From the NCBI GenBank assembly GCA_030429235.1, contig JAUIDB010000001.1, positions 157,696 to 221,695 on the forward strand: a stretch of DNA of 64,000 nt, read 5' to 3'. Both the position numbers and the translations under genes were made by a program. Under the pieces are notes generated by a model. The model was not told the origin of the DNA and searched no databases. It saw only the letters and a program-made list of their open reading frames with translations. Positions 38,544 through 49,279 of the stretch are shown here, piece after piece (within the stretch, counting starts at the first letter, position 1; every line of letters begins with the position of its first letter). The DNA comes from Thermoanaerobaculia bacterium (lineage in GTDB: Bacteria > Acidobacteriota > Thermoanaerobaculia > Multivoradales > JAIOJS01).

Positions 38544-40422
38544 GGAAGTAGTCGACGTCTCCTACCCGCGCATCGACCCGGTCCCGGTACATCTGATGGG
38601 AGCGATCGATATCGTCCTGAAGTCGGGTGTAGATATCGTGGTTGCGACGCCCGTCTTCGACCTGCTCTTCGTTGTAGAGCTTGATCTCGCTGACCAGCAA
38701 TCGGGCCAGGCGTCGCGCTTCTTCGTGGACCGCAGCGTCCTCGGGATCGGCGCCCGCTGGCGCCTCGGGCTCGTCCTGCCGGAAGGCCCAACCGGGCCCC
38801 TCGAGATCCGCCGGCGGCTGGACCTGAGTGCTCCCGCCGGTGACCGGGGCCGGCGCGGGTGGGCTGGGGGGTTCGGGAGCAGCTTCGGCCGCCGGGGCCG
38901 ACTCCTCCTCGACCTCGACCGTCGGCGTGGTCAGGGTCGAGCGATCCAGCAGAACGGTCTTCTCTTCCGAGAGGTCGCCTTCGTCCTCGCCCCCTGCCAC
39001 CTCGTCCTCTTCTACCTCGTCGTCGGCGTCACCTTCGGGGGAGTCGAACTCGACCACCGTAGGCATCTCGATCGCCTCTGGTGGCACCGGATCGATCTCG
39101 GTGGTGTCGGTGCCTTGAGGCATGGCGTCGGTGGCATCGAGATCGAAGTCGGCGACCTCCTCCACCTCACCGGCCTCGAACTCTTCCATCGTCAGATCGG
39201 TGACCTCGAGGCCGGATGCCTCCAGTTCCTCGACCGGGAAATCGGTCGCTGCGGCCTCGATCTCGACTACCTCGGGAGCGGGGGCGGGCTCGACCCAGTC
39301 GCTTACCCCGAGGTCTTCGGCGGCCACGCTCTCGGCTTCTTCCTCTTGGCCCTCTTCTTCTGGGGCCTCGACCTCCTCCTCGGAGACGGTAGCGAATTCG
39401 GCGGTCGGACCCTCCGGGCCCTCGTCCTCCGGCTCCGAGATGTCCTCGATCTGAGGGCTCTGGATGTACGCTTCCATCGCCTGGCGACTGATCCGCACCG
39501 TGGCTTCGGTGCTCACCGGTTCGTCCGCATCGGGCTCTTCGGCCGTCGTCGCGTCGCTGGTCAGGTCCTCGACGGCCGGCGGCTCGGTCAGTCCGAGGGC
39601 GGTTGCCTCCTCGGTCGGGGCCTCGAGACGCACCGTGGTCTCAGTCTCGGCCTCCGCCTCGAGGTCGGCCGAAGTGTCCTCCTCGGTGAATTCGTACGCT
39701 TCCTCTACGACCACCGGCGGTACGGCCGCAGCGCTGGTGGGCGCCGGTGCGATCGCGGCGGGGTCCCACAGCGCGAGTCGGGGTGCTTCGTCGGCTGCCG
39801 CGAGCGTCGGTGACCCTTCCGATCGCAGCCCCTGAGACTCGATCCGTTGGGCCGTGCAGTGGACCAGCAGGGCCAGGGCGGAGGGATCGAAAGCGTCGCG
39901 CGGTTCGAGGCGGTCGGCGTACAGAGCGGCGGCGACGCGGTCCCGCAAGACCATGGGGAGCAGCAGTCCCTCGTCGGCTCCTTCCGCGTCCAGAGCCTGG
40001 CAGATCGGGTCGCAGTCCTCGCTGTCGAGAGGCGTGGGGCGAGGGTGCTCTGCGAAGTCAGCGAAGGGAGCGGCGTCGGCCGACAGGTCCAGCCCTTCGA
40101 GCGCTTCGACCTGATCTCCGAAGCCAAAGCTGGCCCAGCCGCGGATTCCGTCCGTGAAGGTGAGGAAGAGGATCGCTCGCGACGAGTAGTGGCCCGCTTC
40201 TTCCAGCAGAGCGGACAGCGCGCTCGACTGGTCGGTGCACTGATCGATTCGTGCGACCGCATCGTGCAGCCGGTCGGCCGCCTGCTCCTCGGCCCGCTGC
40301 TGCAGCGCCTCGGACAACTTGCGGATCTGATTGGACAGCGTTCGCTCGGCGTCTTCCAGGGCGGTGCCCATGGCGTTCGACACGAGGTGTTCGAGGTTCT
40401 TCAGTTGGTCTGACAACGACAT
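38488..40422 (-). CDS. GAF-like domain + long acidic linker + C-terminal helical domain (RomX-like)
   Basis: GAF-like LLLPMVLRDRVAAALYAD; about 360 aa E/D/P/A/T-rich; C-terminus ARRLARLLVSEIKLYNEEQV. Confidence 0.75.
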   Translation of the reverse strand: MSLSDQLKNLEHLVSNAMGTALEDAERTLSNQIRKLSEALQQRAEEQAADRLHDAVARIDQCTDQSSALSALLEEAGHYSSRAILFLTFTDGIRGWASFGFGDQVEALEGLDLSADAAPFADFAEHPRPTPLDSEDCDPICQALDAEGADEGLLLPMVLRDRVAAALYADRLEPRDAFDPSALALLVHCTAQRIESQGLRSEGSPTLAAADEAPRLALWDPAAIAPAPTSAAAVPPVVVEEAYEFTEEDTSADLEAEAETETTVRLEAPTEEATALGLTEPPAVEDLTSDATTAEEPDADEPVSTEATVRISRQAMEAYIQSPQIEDISEPEDEGPEGPTAEFATVSEEEVEAPEEEGQEEEAESVAAEDLGVSDWVEPAPAPEVVEIEAAATDFPVEELEASGLEVTDLTMEEFEAGEVEEVADFDLDATDAMPQGTDTTEIDPVPPEAIEMPTVVEFDSPEGDADDEVEEDEVAGGEDEGDLSEEKTVLLDRSTLTTPTVEVEEESAPAAEAAPEPPSPPAPAPVTGGSTQVQPPADLEGPGWAFRQDEPEAPAGADPEDAAVHEEARRLARLLVSEIKLYNEEQVEDGRRNHDIYTRLQDDIDRSHQMYRDRVDARVGDVDYFREELVNILAGGDADALGM

Positions 40423-40566
40423 CCAATGGTCCTCTCGCAGAGTCTTGTGAGCTTACCGATTATTTTGCAGGTGGTTCGGAGTGTCAAGGCCATACGGGTA
40501 CCCTTCGGACCCCGTCGATACTGGCTCTGCGCCCCCTCGGGCGGCTTGTGAGAGGGGCCCTGGCTG

Positions 40567-40575
40567 TGCTAGGTT
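40567..40575 (+). promoter_or_regulatory. Extended -10 TGcTAGGTT
   Basis: Upstream of SD TAAGGAG and ATG 40605. Confidence 0.4.
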
Positions 40576-40604
40576 CGGCCGGCAACTTTGTAAGGAGAGA
40601 CGTT

Positions 40605-41543
40605 ATGGATACCGCTTGGAAGACGACGATTCGACATGCCCTCTTGGGCGGCCTTCTGGTCATGACCGTGGGGCTCGTGGGCTGCGGTGGAGGCGGCGGT
40701 GATGACGATGGAGCCGCCACCAACCCCGAGGAGTGGGCCTGGCTCGAGTCGGCCAAGGCAGATCTCGACGCCAAGCGAGCCGCTCTGGCCGAGGCCCGCG
40801 CTTCGCTGGCGGCCGCGACCGACGGTGAAGACGTCGAGGGCGAAGGCGAAGAGGGGGCCGAGGGCGAGGGCGAAGAGGGAGCCGAAGCGAGCGAGCCGGC
40901 GACCGAAGCGATGGTGATGGCGCTCGAGAACGAGATCGACTCTCAGTCCGAGGAGTTCATGACGCGACTGATCAACCACATCAACTCGTTGGGAATGGTC
41001 GAAGGAGAGCCTTTGACCCCGGAGCAGCAGAAGGTCATCCGGATGAAGAGCGACGAGGACATCGAAGTGGCTCAGGAGTGGATCGAGAAGGGCGGCGACT
41101 ACCGCCGGGCGATCGACATCTACAACATGCAGCTCGGACTCGACCCCGACTACGATCGCCTCAAGGAGGCTCTCGCCTACGCCGAGGAGATGCGCTATCC
41201 CTCCGCCGAGAAGTTCGCCGAGATCGAGAAGGGGATGACGCAGTCCCAGGTGCGCGACATCATCGGTCCCGTCAACCTGCACAACCGTCGCGAGTATCCC
41301 GACAAGAACGCCATCGCGTGGTTCTATCCGAAGGACCCGTCCCTCGGGTCGCTGCCACCGTCGGCGGTCTACTTCCAGGAGGACGATCCGAAGGCCTGCA
41401 CCAAGCTGAAGGAGGCTTGTGAAGCCGCCGAGGACGCCGACGCTTGCGAGGCCGAGGCCAAGGCGGATCCCGCCTGCCGCTTCCAGGTCTACCAGGCGGA
41501 TTACGGCGCGACCGAGGAGGTCGAGGAGGAGGCCAGCGAGTAG
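40605..41543 (+). CDS. Lipoprotein with helical/TPR-like region and SmpA/BamE-like C-terminal domain
   Basis: Lipobox LVGC; GDYRRAIDIY..LGLDP; FAEIEKGMTQSQVRDIIGP...WFY. Confidence 0.7.
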   Translation: MDTAWKTTIRHALLGGLLVMTVGLVGCGGGGGDDDGAATNPEEWAWLESAKADLDAKRAALAEARASLAAATDGEDVEGEGEEGAEGEGEEGAEASEPATEAMVMALENEIDSQSEEFMTRLINHINSLGMVEGEPLTPEQQKVIRMKSDEDIEVAQEWIEKGGDYRRAIDIYNMQLGLDPDYDRLKEALAYAEEMRYPSAEKFAEIEKGMTQSQVRDIIGPVNLHNRREYPDKNAIAWFYPKDPSLGSLPPSAVYFQEDDPKACTKLKEACEAAEDADACEAEAKADPACRFQVYQADYGATEEVEEEASE

Positions 41544-41617
41544 GTCTCGCCGCAGCGCAGGTCGCAGGTAGCGCGAGTTCCCCACCCGGTCACCGGCCGG
41601 GTTCGGGGAGAGATGAC

Positions 41618-41647
41618 TTGACAGAACCCCGGTCGGCAGGCGAGAAT
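41618..41647 (+). promoter_or_regulatory. Sigma70-type promoter of rpsU
   Basis: TTGACA-18 nt-GAGAAT. Confidence 0.5.
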
Positions 41648-41718
41648 CGCCCTTCGGCGTAGCTCCGGCATCGGGGCGGTGCGCCCACGAATCCTGCGAA
41701 ATGAGGTGATAAGAAAAG

Positions 41719-41928
41719 ATGCCGACCGTATACGTCAAAGAAGAAGAGAGCTTCGAGAACGCGCTGCGCCGTTTCAAGCGCAAGTGCGAGAAGGCCGGCG
41801 TTCTCACCGAGCTGAAGAAGCGCCAGTACTTCGAGAAGCCCTCCGTCAAGCGCAAGCGCAAGACGGTTGCGGCGCGCAAGAAGATCCTTCGGAAACTCGC
41901 CGAAGAGCGCCGCGCTGGTCTGGCCTGA
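41719..41928 (+). CDS. rpsU: 30S ribosomal protein S21
   Basis: [15 protein letters not shown]...[12 protein letters not shown]. Confidence 0.97.
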   Translation: MPTVYVKEEESFENALRRFKRKCEKAGVLTELKKRQYFEKPSVKRKRKTVAARKKILRKLAEERRAGLA

Positions 41929-41950
41929 TCCGGCCCGCCAGTGATGTACG

Positions 41951-41985
41951 AACGCCGCGAGGGGTGACCTTCGCGGCGTTTTGTC
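41951..41985 (+). terminator. Intrinsic terminator/attenuator after rpsU
   Basis: AACGCCGCGAGGG-GTGA-CCTTCGCGGCGTT stem with GNRA loop, ending TTTTGT. Confidence 0.75.
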
Positions 41986-42026
41986 GTTAGGTCTTTGCCT
42001 TCCATCCGTCGAGGTTCGAACCCATC

Positions 42027-44420
42027 ATGCGCTCCTCCGTAGCCACCGAACACGCTCTCGAGGTCGAGGCCCTACGCCAGGTGGTGGCAGACTACGCGGC
42101 CACCGACCTGGGTCGGCGGAGTCTCGTCGCCCTGCGACCGGCGGGCGAACCCGACGACCTCTCCGATCGGCGGGCCGGGTTCGAGGCCGTCACGAGCCTC
42201 CTTCCCCTGGTTCCGTCGATCGAGGAGCCGTTGCAATCCATCCTCGATCGCCTCGGGGCGACGAGTTTCGCCCCCAGCGGTCGCGACCTGCTGGCGTTGG
42301 CGTCGTTGATCGAGGTCGGCGAGAGTGCGAGAGACCGGGTCGAGGAGGCGATCCGGGAGGGGAGGGAAGCGAGCAGCGTCGAGCTCGAACCGCTGGTCGC
42401 ACGGCTCGACAGGTTGCCGGTCCTGGTCGACCTGGTACGTTCGATTCGACGGCGCCTCGATGAGCGGGGCGAGGTGCGCGACGACGCGACTCCCGAACTC
42501 GCGAGGCTGCGCGGTACGGTGCGTCGTCGTCGGGACAGTCTCTATCGCGAGCTGTCCGCCCTCGCCCGCCAGCACGGTGATCTGCTGAGCGAAGACACCG
42601 TGCCGCAGCGTGACGGCCGTCTGGTTCTGGTGCTCCAGGCGGGGGCTCGGGGCCGTCTCCCGGGACTCATCCACGGCCGGTCGGCGACCGGCAAGAGCTA
42701 CTACCTCGAGCCGTTGGCAGTGGTCGAGGGCAACAACGAGCTGCAGGAGGCCGCGGGCGCGATCGAGCGAGAGAAGCAGCGCATCCTCGACGAACTGCGC
42801 GAGGCGGTGGTCGCCGAGTCCGACGCGCTCGCTCGGCACGCCGCGTTGGTGGCCGATCTCGACCACTGGCAGGCGGCGCACCGCTATGCCGCCCAGGTCG
42901 GAGCGCATCTGTTGGAGCTGGCGCCGGCGCGCCGGGTACGGCTCGTCGGGGCCCGACACCCGCTCCTCGACCCTCGGCTCGCCGAGGTGCGAGCACGGGC
43001 TTTGGGCCAGGCGGGCCACCGCGACCCCGTCGTGCCCCTCGATCTCGAACTGACCCCGGAGCAGCACGCTCTGGTGATTACGGGCCCCAACGCAGGGGGC
43101 AAGACCGTGGCGCTCAAGACCCTGGGTCTGGCAGCCTGGGCGCAGGCAGCGGGTCTGCCGGTACCGGCCGACCCCGGGTCGTCTCTACCCCCCTTTGGCG
43201 AGCTGGTCGCGACCATCGGCGACGATCAGGATCTGTTGGCCGACCGTTCGACCTTCAGTGGTCGCCTTCTCCGACTGCGTGAAGTGTGGGACGTGGCGGG
43301 GTCGGGCAGCCTCATTCTGCTCGACGAGCTGGGTTCGGGGACGGATCCCGAGGAGGGAACAGCGCTGTCGGCGGCGCTCCTCGAAGCTCTGCTCGATCGT
43401 GGCTCTCTGGTGGTCGTCACGACGCATCTCGGACAGCTCGCAGCCCTGGCCCTGGAACGCCCTGGGGCAGCCTGTGCGGCGATGGAGTTCGATGCCGAGC
43501 GCGGTGCCCCACGCTACCGACTCGTGCCCGGGCCACCCGGAGGAAGTGAGGCGTTGGCGCTGGCCCGTCGCGTCGGGTTGGCCGAGGAGCTGGTGGCGGC
43601 GGCCGAAGCGCGACTGGGCGCCGACGGGAGGGACTACCGACGCCTGTTGGCCGAGGTCAGCGCGCTGCGGGAACGGTTGGCGTCCGAAGAGGAGGCTCTG
43701 GAGAGCAGCCGCCGTGAGGCGGAAGAGCTGACCGCGCGCCTGGCGGTCGAACGCGATCGTCTGGAGTTGGAACGCCGCGAGGTGGCCAAGCGGGCCCGCC
43801 GCGATCTGGAGACCTTTCGCCGCCAGGTCCGCGATGAAGTCGGTTCCGTCGCCGAGCGGCTCCGCGAGGAATGGGAGTCCGGTCGGCGCCGCGGTCTCGA
43901 GCGCAAGGTTACCGACGAGCTCCTGCGGGACGCGCCCGAGATCGCCAACTCCGAGGCGCCCTCCATCGAGGGGCCGGTCGTCGTCGGCGACCCGGTACGT
44001 CATCGCAGCCTCGGCTGGCGGGGTACTCTGGTCGCTCTCCAGCGGGGCCGAGCGGAGGTCGATCTCGACGGTAAACGTCTGCGGTGCCGGGTCGAGGAAC
44101 TGGTGCCGGGGGGCCCGTCGGCACAACACCGTCAAGAGAGGCGGGTCCCGGTCACCGAGGTGCCGGAGGCGACACCGTTGGCCTTCGAGTTGAATCTGAT
44201 CGGTGAGCGCGTGGAGCCGGCGCTCGAACGGTTGGAGAGACACCTCGAGGAGGCGGTTCGACAGGGCCGCCGCGAGGTACGGGTCGTCCACGGGCACGGC
44301 ACGGGCCGGTTGCGCCGGGCGGTGCGACAGCGTCTTTCCCGCCACGCGCTGGTGGCCGAGCAGAGAGCGGGTGGTACCGGCGAAGGGGGCGACGGAGCCA
44401 CCATCGCTCGCCTCCGCTAG
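42027..44420 (+). CDS. mutS2: Endonuclease MutS2 with C-terminal Smr domain
   Basis: TGPNAGGKT, STFS, LDELGSGTDPEEG, TTH, VVHGHGTGRLR. Confidence 0.93.
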   Translation: MRSSVATEHALEVEALRQVVADYAATDLGRRSLVALRPAGEPDDLSDRRAGFEAVTSLLPLVPSIEEPLQSILDRLGATSFAPSGRDLLALASLIEVGESARDRVEEAIREGREASSVELEPLVARLDRLPVLVDLVRSIRRRLDERGEVRDDATPELARLRGTVRRRRDSLYRELSALARQHGDLLSEDTVPQRDGRLVLVLQAGARGRLPGLIHGRSATGKSYYLEPLAVVEGNNELQEAAGAIEREKQRILDELREAVVAESDALARHAALVADLDHWQAAHRYAAQVGAHLLELAPARRVRLVGARHPLLDPRLAEVRARALGQAGHRDPVVPLDLELTPEQHALVITGPNAGGKTVALKTLGLAAWAQAAGLPVPADPGSSLPPFGELVATIGDDQDLLADRSTFSGRLLRLREVWDVAGSGSLILLDELGSGTDPEEGTALSAALLEALLDRGSLVVVTTHLGQLAALALERPGAACAAMEFDAERGAPRYRLVPGPPGGSEALALARRVGLAEELVAAAEARLGADGRDYRRLLAEVSALRERLASEEEALESSRREAEELTARLAVERDRLELERREVAKRARRDLETFRRQVRDEVGSVAERLREEWESGRRRGLERKVTDELLRDAPEIANSEAPSIEGPVVVGDPVRHRSLGWRGTLVALQRGRAEVDLDGKRLRCRVEELVPGGPSAQHRQERRVPVTEVPEATPLAFELNLIGERVEPALERLERHLEEAVRQGRREVRVVHGHGTGRLRRAVRQRLSRHALVAEQRAGGTGEGGDGATIARLR

Positions 44421-44489
44421 CCGGCCCGACTCCATTTGTAGTTTGCCGCCAGTTGGCATACCGTTCCGGGAAGGAGCCAAGCTTCGCCC

Positions 44490-46316
44490 ATGACGATCGG
44501 TCACGTCCATCTCACACCGCAACTCGTGCAAGCGGTCCGCGACGCCGTTGATGTGGTCAGCGTCGCCGAGGAGCACACGCGCTTGGAGCGGCGCGGCAAT
44601 CGACACGTCGGGCTCTGTCCGCTGCACAAAGAGAAGACGCCCTCGTTCTCGGTCGATTCGGCGCACAACCTCTTCTACTGCTTCGGCTGCGGAGCCGGCG
44701 GCGATGCCATCAAGCTGCACATGATGCTCTCTGGCGATGACTTCCCGGCCGCGATCGAGGGTCTGGCGGAGCGGTTCGGGGTCCCGGTGAGTCGCCGTCA
44801 GGGGCGCGGAGTCGACAGCGGTCCGGATCTCGGTCCGGCTCTGGAGGCCGCCGCCGAGTGGTTCGCCGGTCGTCTGGCCGCGCATCGGCCGACCCTCGAC
44901 TACCTCGCTGCACGCGGCATCTCGTCGGAGCTCGCGGCCGACTATGGACTCGGTTTCGCGCCCGAGGGCTGGGAGGGCCTCAAGGGGGCTCTGACGGGTC
45001 GTTTTTCCCACGACCAGTTGGTGGCCGCGGGGTTGCTGTCGCCGTCGAAGCGGGCCGAAGGACAGCCCTACGACCGCTTCCGCAACCGATTGATCTTCCC
45101 GATCCGACTGCCGTCGGGGCGGGTGGTCGGTTTCGGCGGCCGCACGCTTGGTGACGACGACGCCAAGTACATCAACACGCGGGAGACCGAACGTTTCGAC
45201 AAGAAGACTCTGCTCTACGGCCTGGATCGGGCCAAACGAGCCATCCGAGACAGCGGCCGAGCGATCCTGGTCGAGGGGTACTTCGATGTACTGGGCACCG
45301 TGGCGGCGGGGGTCGAGGGGGTCGTGGCCTGCATGGGCACCTCGTTGACCGTGCCGCAGGCGCGCTTGCTGGCTCGCTACGGCGAGGAGGTCGTGATCGC
45401 TTTCGACGGCGATGCGGCGGGCCAGAAGGCCTACACCCGAGCCTTGCCGATCCTCCTCGCGGCCGGCCTCTCGGTGCGCTGGGCCGAGCTGCCTCCGGGC
45501 AGTGACCCCGACACCCTACGACAGGAGCAAGGAGCCGAGGCACTGCGCGAGCTGCTCGACAGTGCTCCCGACGCGGTAGAGCGTGAACTCGACCGGAAGA
45601 TTCCAGCCGAAGCGCGAAACCAACCCCAGCTCCAGGCCCGAATCGCCCCTGAGATCGGGGAGCTACTGCAGTCCCTTCCCGATCCCATCCTGCGCTATTC
45701 CTACGGGCGTCTCGCCGCCCAACGACTGGGCATTCCGTTCGAGCTGATGGCGCGCCACCTGGGTCGTGGGCCGAGCCGGGAACGTCGCTCGCCCCAGGAA
45801 CCGGTGCCCTCGCGCGGACCGTCGCGGACGCCCGGTCTCGATCAGGAGCGAGGGTTCCTTCGTCTGGCCATGTCACGGCTCGCCGAGTCGACAGATTCTC
45901 CCGTCCTCGGCGACGATCCACCCCCGCTCGAGGCGTTCTGGGATCCGAGCTGTCAGAAGCTCTACGCGACGTTGTGCGACCTCGCTCGGGTTCCGGTCGA
46001 GGACCCGCTGTTGGCCCTCCGTCAGGAGGTCGAGGCGAGCGACGGCCCCGTCGATCTGCTGGCCAGGCTTCTGATGGAGGCGTTGGAGCCCCAGAATCCG
46101 CCCGTGCCGGCGGACAAGCGGCGCGAGGAGTTCGAGGCGGCAGCCACGCTGTTGCGTCGTCGTTGGTTGAGCCAGCGGCAGCGCGAGCTGGCGCAGGCCA
46201 TCCGGCAGGCGCAGCAGAACGGAGACGGTAGCGGGCTCGAGCGGTTGCTCCAGGAGAAGAGCGCTCTGAGTCGTCGCCTCCACCAGCTTCCCGCTCCCAC
46301 GGGGGCCGTCTCGTGA
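44490..46316 (+). CDS. dnaG: DNA primase
   Basis: [39 protein letters not shown]. Confidence 0.97.
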   Translation: MTIGHVHLTPQLVQAVRDAVDVVSVAEEHTRLERRGNRHVGLCPLHKEKTPSFSVDSAHNLFYCFGCGAGGDAIKLHMMLSGDDFPAAIEGLAERFGVPVSRRQGRGVDSGPDLGPALEAAAEWFAGRLAAHRPTLDYLAARGISSELAADYGLGFAPEGWEGLKGALTGRFSHDQLVAAGLLSPSKRAEGQPYDRFRNRLIFPIRLPSGRVVGFGGRTLGDDDAKYINTRETERFDKKTLLYGLDRAKRAIRDSGRAILVEGYFDVLGTVAAGVEGVVACMGTSLTVPQARLLARYGEEVVIAFDGDAAGQKAYTRALPILLAAGLSVRWAELPPGSDPDTLRQEQGAEALRELLDSAPDAVERELDRKIPAEARNQPQLQARIAPEIGELLQSLPDPILRYSYGRLAAQRLGIPFELMARHLGRGPSRERRSPQEPVPSRGPSRTPGLDQERGFLRLAMSRLAESTDSPVLGDDPPPLEAFWDPSCQKLYATLCDLARVPVEDPLLALRQEVEASDGPVDLLARLLMEALEPQNPPVPADKRREEFEAAATLLRRRWLSQRQRELAQAIRQAQQNGDGSGLERLLQEKSALSRRLHQLPAPTGAVS

Positions 46317-47962
46317 CCTCCTCGCGGGCCGAGTCGATCGAGCTACGGTTTCCCGTCGTTCGGCAGATCGCCGATCGGGGGTTGGCCAAGGGGTACCTGC
46401 TCTCTGACGAGATCGCCGACGCCTTGCCCGACGAGCTGGTAGCGCACCCCGAAGATCTGGCCGACGTGCTCGCCCGCCTGGCGGAACTCGGGGTCGAGGT
46501 CATTCAGCGCCCCTCGAGCTTCACCAACCGAGCCGCCGACGACTCCGAGCCGGCCGAGGAGTTCGGCAAGAAAGAGACGCCCCGACCGCTCACCGTGCAG
46601 GAGAAGACCAACGATCCAGTGCGCATGTACCTGCGGGAGATGGGCTCCGTGGAGCTGCTCGACCGCGAGGGGGAGGTCGGGATCGCCCAGCGCATCGAAC
46701 ACGGCGAGTGGAAGATCTTCATCGCCCTGGGTGAACACCCAGCGACCTTGCGCCGATTGCTCGAGCTGGAGTCGGAGGACGGTGAGAGTGGGCCGCAGCA
46801 GAAACGAACCGACGAGCTGCTGGCGACTTTCGAGCGGATCGTGGAAACGGACGAGTCGATTCGGCGGCTCGAGCGGCGACGCAAGCGCCACCAACGGGGC
46901 AGCGATGCCGCCGGAGAGGTGGAACGGGAGCTCGACCGCGAGCACGAGCGTATGGCGAAGGAGATTCGCTCGGTCTCGCTGACCACGCTGGAGCTACAGC
47001 GGATGATCGAGGTGCTACGGGGCATCGAACGGGAGTACGCCCGGGTGCGGCATGAGATCCGCCGCAACGAACGAGACCTCAAACGGACCCAGAACCAGGA
47101 GCTCGCCAAGCTGAAACGCGAGCGCATCGCCAAACACGAGGCCCGGGCCGTCGAACTGCAGCAGCGATTTGGCCTCGACACCCGAGACGTGCGCGCCATC
47201 CTGGCGCGGATCCGGGAAGGTGAAGCCGAGGTCGAACGGGCCCGCGAGGAGCTGATCGTCGCCAATCTTCGGTTGGTGGTCTCCATCGCCAAGAAGTACA
47301 CCAACCGCGGCCTGCAGTTTCTCGACCTGATCCAAGAGGGCAACATCGGCCTCATGAAGGCCGTCGAAAAGTTCGAGTACCGCCGGGGCTACAAGTTCTC
47401 GACCTATGCGACCTGGTGGATTCGGCAGGCCGTCACCCGAGCCATCGCCGACCAGGCCCGTACCATCCGGATTCCGGTGCACATGATCGAGACCATCAAC
47501 AAGGTCACCCGAACGTCACGGGCCCTGGTGCAGGAACTCGGTCGCGAGCCGACGCCGGAAGAGATCGGTGAGATCATGGACCTGCCGGGCGAGAAGATTC
47601 GGCAGATTCTCAAGATGGCCCGGGAACCAATCTCTCTCGAGACACCAGTGGGGGAGGAGGAGGACTCCAGCCTCGGCGAGTTCATCGAGGACAAGAACGC
47701 CGAGTCGCCGATCGAGAAGGTGATCTTCACCGGCTTGCAGACCGAGACCGAGGGCGTCCTACAGACCCTGACCGACCGCGAGCAGGAGGTGTTGCGCCTT
47801 CGGTTCGGGGTGGGCGACGGTTCGGAGCACACCCTAGAGGAGGTCGGTCGTCACTTCAACGTGACCCGCGAACGGATCCGCCAGATCGAGTCGAAGGCGC
47901 TTCGGAAGTTGCGTCATCCTTCGCGGGCGACGCGGCTTCGCCCCTTCCTCGAAGGACTCTGA
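46313..47962 (+). CDS. rpoD: Primary sigma factor RpoD
   Basis: [53 protein letters not shown]. Confidence 0.97.
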   Translation: MTSSRAESIELRFPVVRQIADRGLAKGYLLSDEIADALPDELVAHPEDLADVLARLAELGVEVIQRPSSFTNRAADDSEPAEEFGKKETPRPLTVQEKTNDPVRMYLREMGSVELLDREGEVGIAQRIEHGEWKIFIALGEHPATLRRLLELESEDGESGPQQKRTDELLATFERIVETDESIRRLERRRKRHQRGSDAAGEVERELDREHERMAKEIRSVSLTTLELQRMIEVLRGIEREYARVRHEIRRNERDLKRTQNQELAKLKRERIAKHEARAVELQQRFGLDTRDVRAILARIREGEAEVERAREELIVANLRLVVSIAKKYTNRGLQFLDLIQEGNIGLMKAVEKFEYRRGYKFSTYATWWIRQAVTRAIADQARTIRIPVHMIETINKVTRTSRALVQELGREPTPEEIGEIMDLPGEKIRQILKMAREPISLETPVGEEEDSSLGEFIEDKNAESPIEKVIFTGLQTETEGVLQTLTDREQEVLRLRFGVGDGSEHTLEEVGRHFNVTRERIRQIESKALRKLRHPSRATRLRPFLEGL

Positions 47963-47978
47963 TCACCAGTACGCCGCG

Positions 47979-48701
47979 TCAGCGAGGGGCTCCCGGGCGC
48001 CGGTGGCGCAGCACGATCTCGGTGACCTCGGCGCTGCGAGGCAGGGTCACGGCGGCCAGGACCATGGCGGCGACGTCGTCAGGCTGCATCCAATGCTCGG
48101 CCTGGTAGGGTGCGCCTTCGGCGGCTCGCACCTCGGCCTGCATCTCGGTGGCGGTTCGCCCCGGGAAGAGCGTCAGGACTCGGCAGCCGAGGGGAGCCAG
48201 CTCCTCACGCAGGGTCTCGGCCAGGACGCCGAGGGCGGCCTTCGAGGCGGTGTAGGCGGCGGCTCCGGCCCGGGCTCCCTTGGCCGCGGTGGACGACACG
48301 AACACCAGGTCGCGTAGGCCGCAACGAGCGGGGTCGAGGCGCCGAGTCAGGGCCCAGGGGGCGCGCAGGTTGACGGCGAGCTGTCGATCGAGAATCTCGA
48401 CCGGGGTGTCCTCCACCGGGCCGAGGTGAAACACACCCAAGCTGTGCACCAGAAGATCGAGGGGAGCCTCTCCCACCGCCCGGGCCAACCGGTCGATTCC
48501 CTCCTCGGTGGTCAGGTCACTGCCCAGGTAGCGTGCCACTCCGCCGCTCTCTTCGATCGAGGCCGTGAGGTCTCGCAGGCGTTCCTCGCGCCGTCCCGAG
48601 AGCAAGACTTCGTACTCGGCCCGCGCCAACTGCCGCGCGATCGCCCCGCCGATTCCACCGCTGGCACCGGTGACCAGGGCCCGCTTCCGCCGCAGCGTCA
48701 C
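47979..48701 (-). CDS. Short-chain dehydrogenase/reductase
   Basis: TGASGGIG, VSS, YTASK. Confidence 0.9.
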   Translation of the reverse strand: MTLRRKRALVTGASGGIGGAIARQLARAEYEVLLSGRREERLRDLTASIEESGGVARYLGSDLTTEEGIDRLARAVGEAPLDLLVHSLGVFHLGPVEDTPVEILDRQLAVNLRAPWALTRRLDPARCGLRDLVFVSSTAAKGARAGAAAYTASKAALGVLAETLREELAPLGCRVLTLFPGRTATEMQAEVRAAEGAPYQAEHWMQPDDVAAMVLAAVTLPRSAEVTEIVLRHRRPGAPR

Positions 48702-49279
48702 GAGGCCTCCTCGGTGCGCTCGTCGGCGTCGTGGGGTCCCCCGTCCGGGGCCGGGCTCGAGCGGCGGCTGACGGTGATTCCCGCCGCCGCCAGTACCCTG
48801 GAGCCGCTGGGAATGTCCTCGGTGACTACGGCCTGGGGACCGATCACCACGTCGTCTCCCACCGTGATGGCTCCGACCAGGGTAGCCCCGGCTCCGAGGA
48901 AGGCGCGATCGCCCACCGTCGGCATCTGTTGGACCCGGCCCTCGCTGGGCGAGCCAAGCGTCACGCCGTGGAGGACCAGGGCCCCCTCCCCCAGGCGGGC
49001 GAAGCCTCCGATCACCGTACCCACACCGTGGGAGATACGAAGCCCGGGGCCGATCTGGGCGTTGGCCGAGATGTCGACTCCGGTGAGGAAGAGGCCGAGT
49101 CGGGCGAAGCAGGGGCCGAGGAAGGGGATGCGGTGGCGTTTGCACCAGTGGGCGAGGCGGTGGAGTACCACCGCCTGGTAGCCGTTCTCGAAGAGCAGGG
49201 CCTCGATCACATAGAACGGAAAGGGCCGCGGATAGGCCGAGCGTAGACGGCGGGTATCTGCCCGCAGGTTGGCCCACAT
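48698..49279 (-). CDS. Serine-acetyltransferase-like hexapeptide O-acetyltransferase
   Basis: TGVDI...A.IGPGL.I.HG.GTVIG, GVTLG, P.VGD...LGAGA. Confidence 0.85.
   Translation of the reverse strand: MWANLRADTRRLRSAYPRPFPFYVIEALLFENGYQAVVLHRLAHWCKRHRIPFLGPCFARLGLFLTGVDISANAQIGPGLRISHGVGTVIGGFARLGEGALVLHGVTLGSPSEGRVQQMPTVGDRAFLGAGATLVGAITVGDDVVIGPQAVVTEDIPSGSRVLAAAGITVSRRSSPAPDGGPHDADERTEEAS

Noticed and set aside
42008..42026. GGTTCGAACCC resembling a tRNA T-arm before mutS2
   Set aside because: Flanks do not form a 5-bp stem or cloverleaf; GAGGT is better read as an SD
48698..49279. Cysteine-biosynthesis cysE
   Set aside because: Short and coupled between GT2 and SDR genes; a glycan O-acetyltransferase role is at least as likely, so no symbol was given
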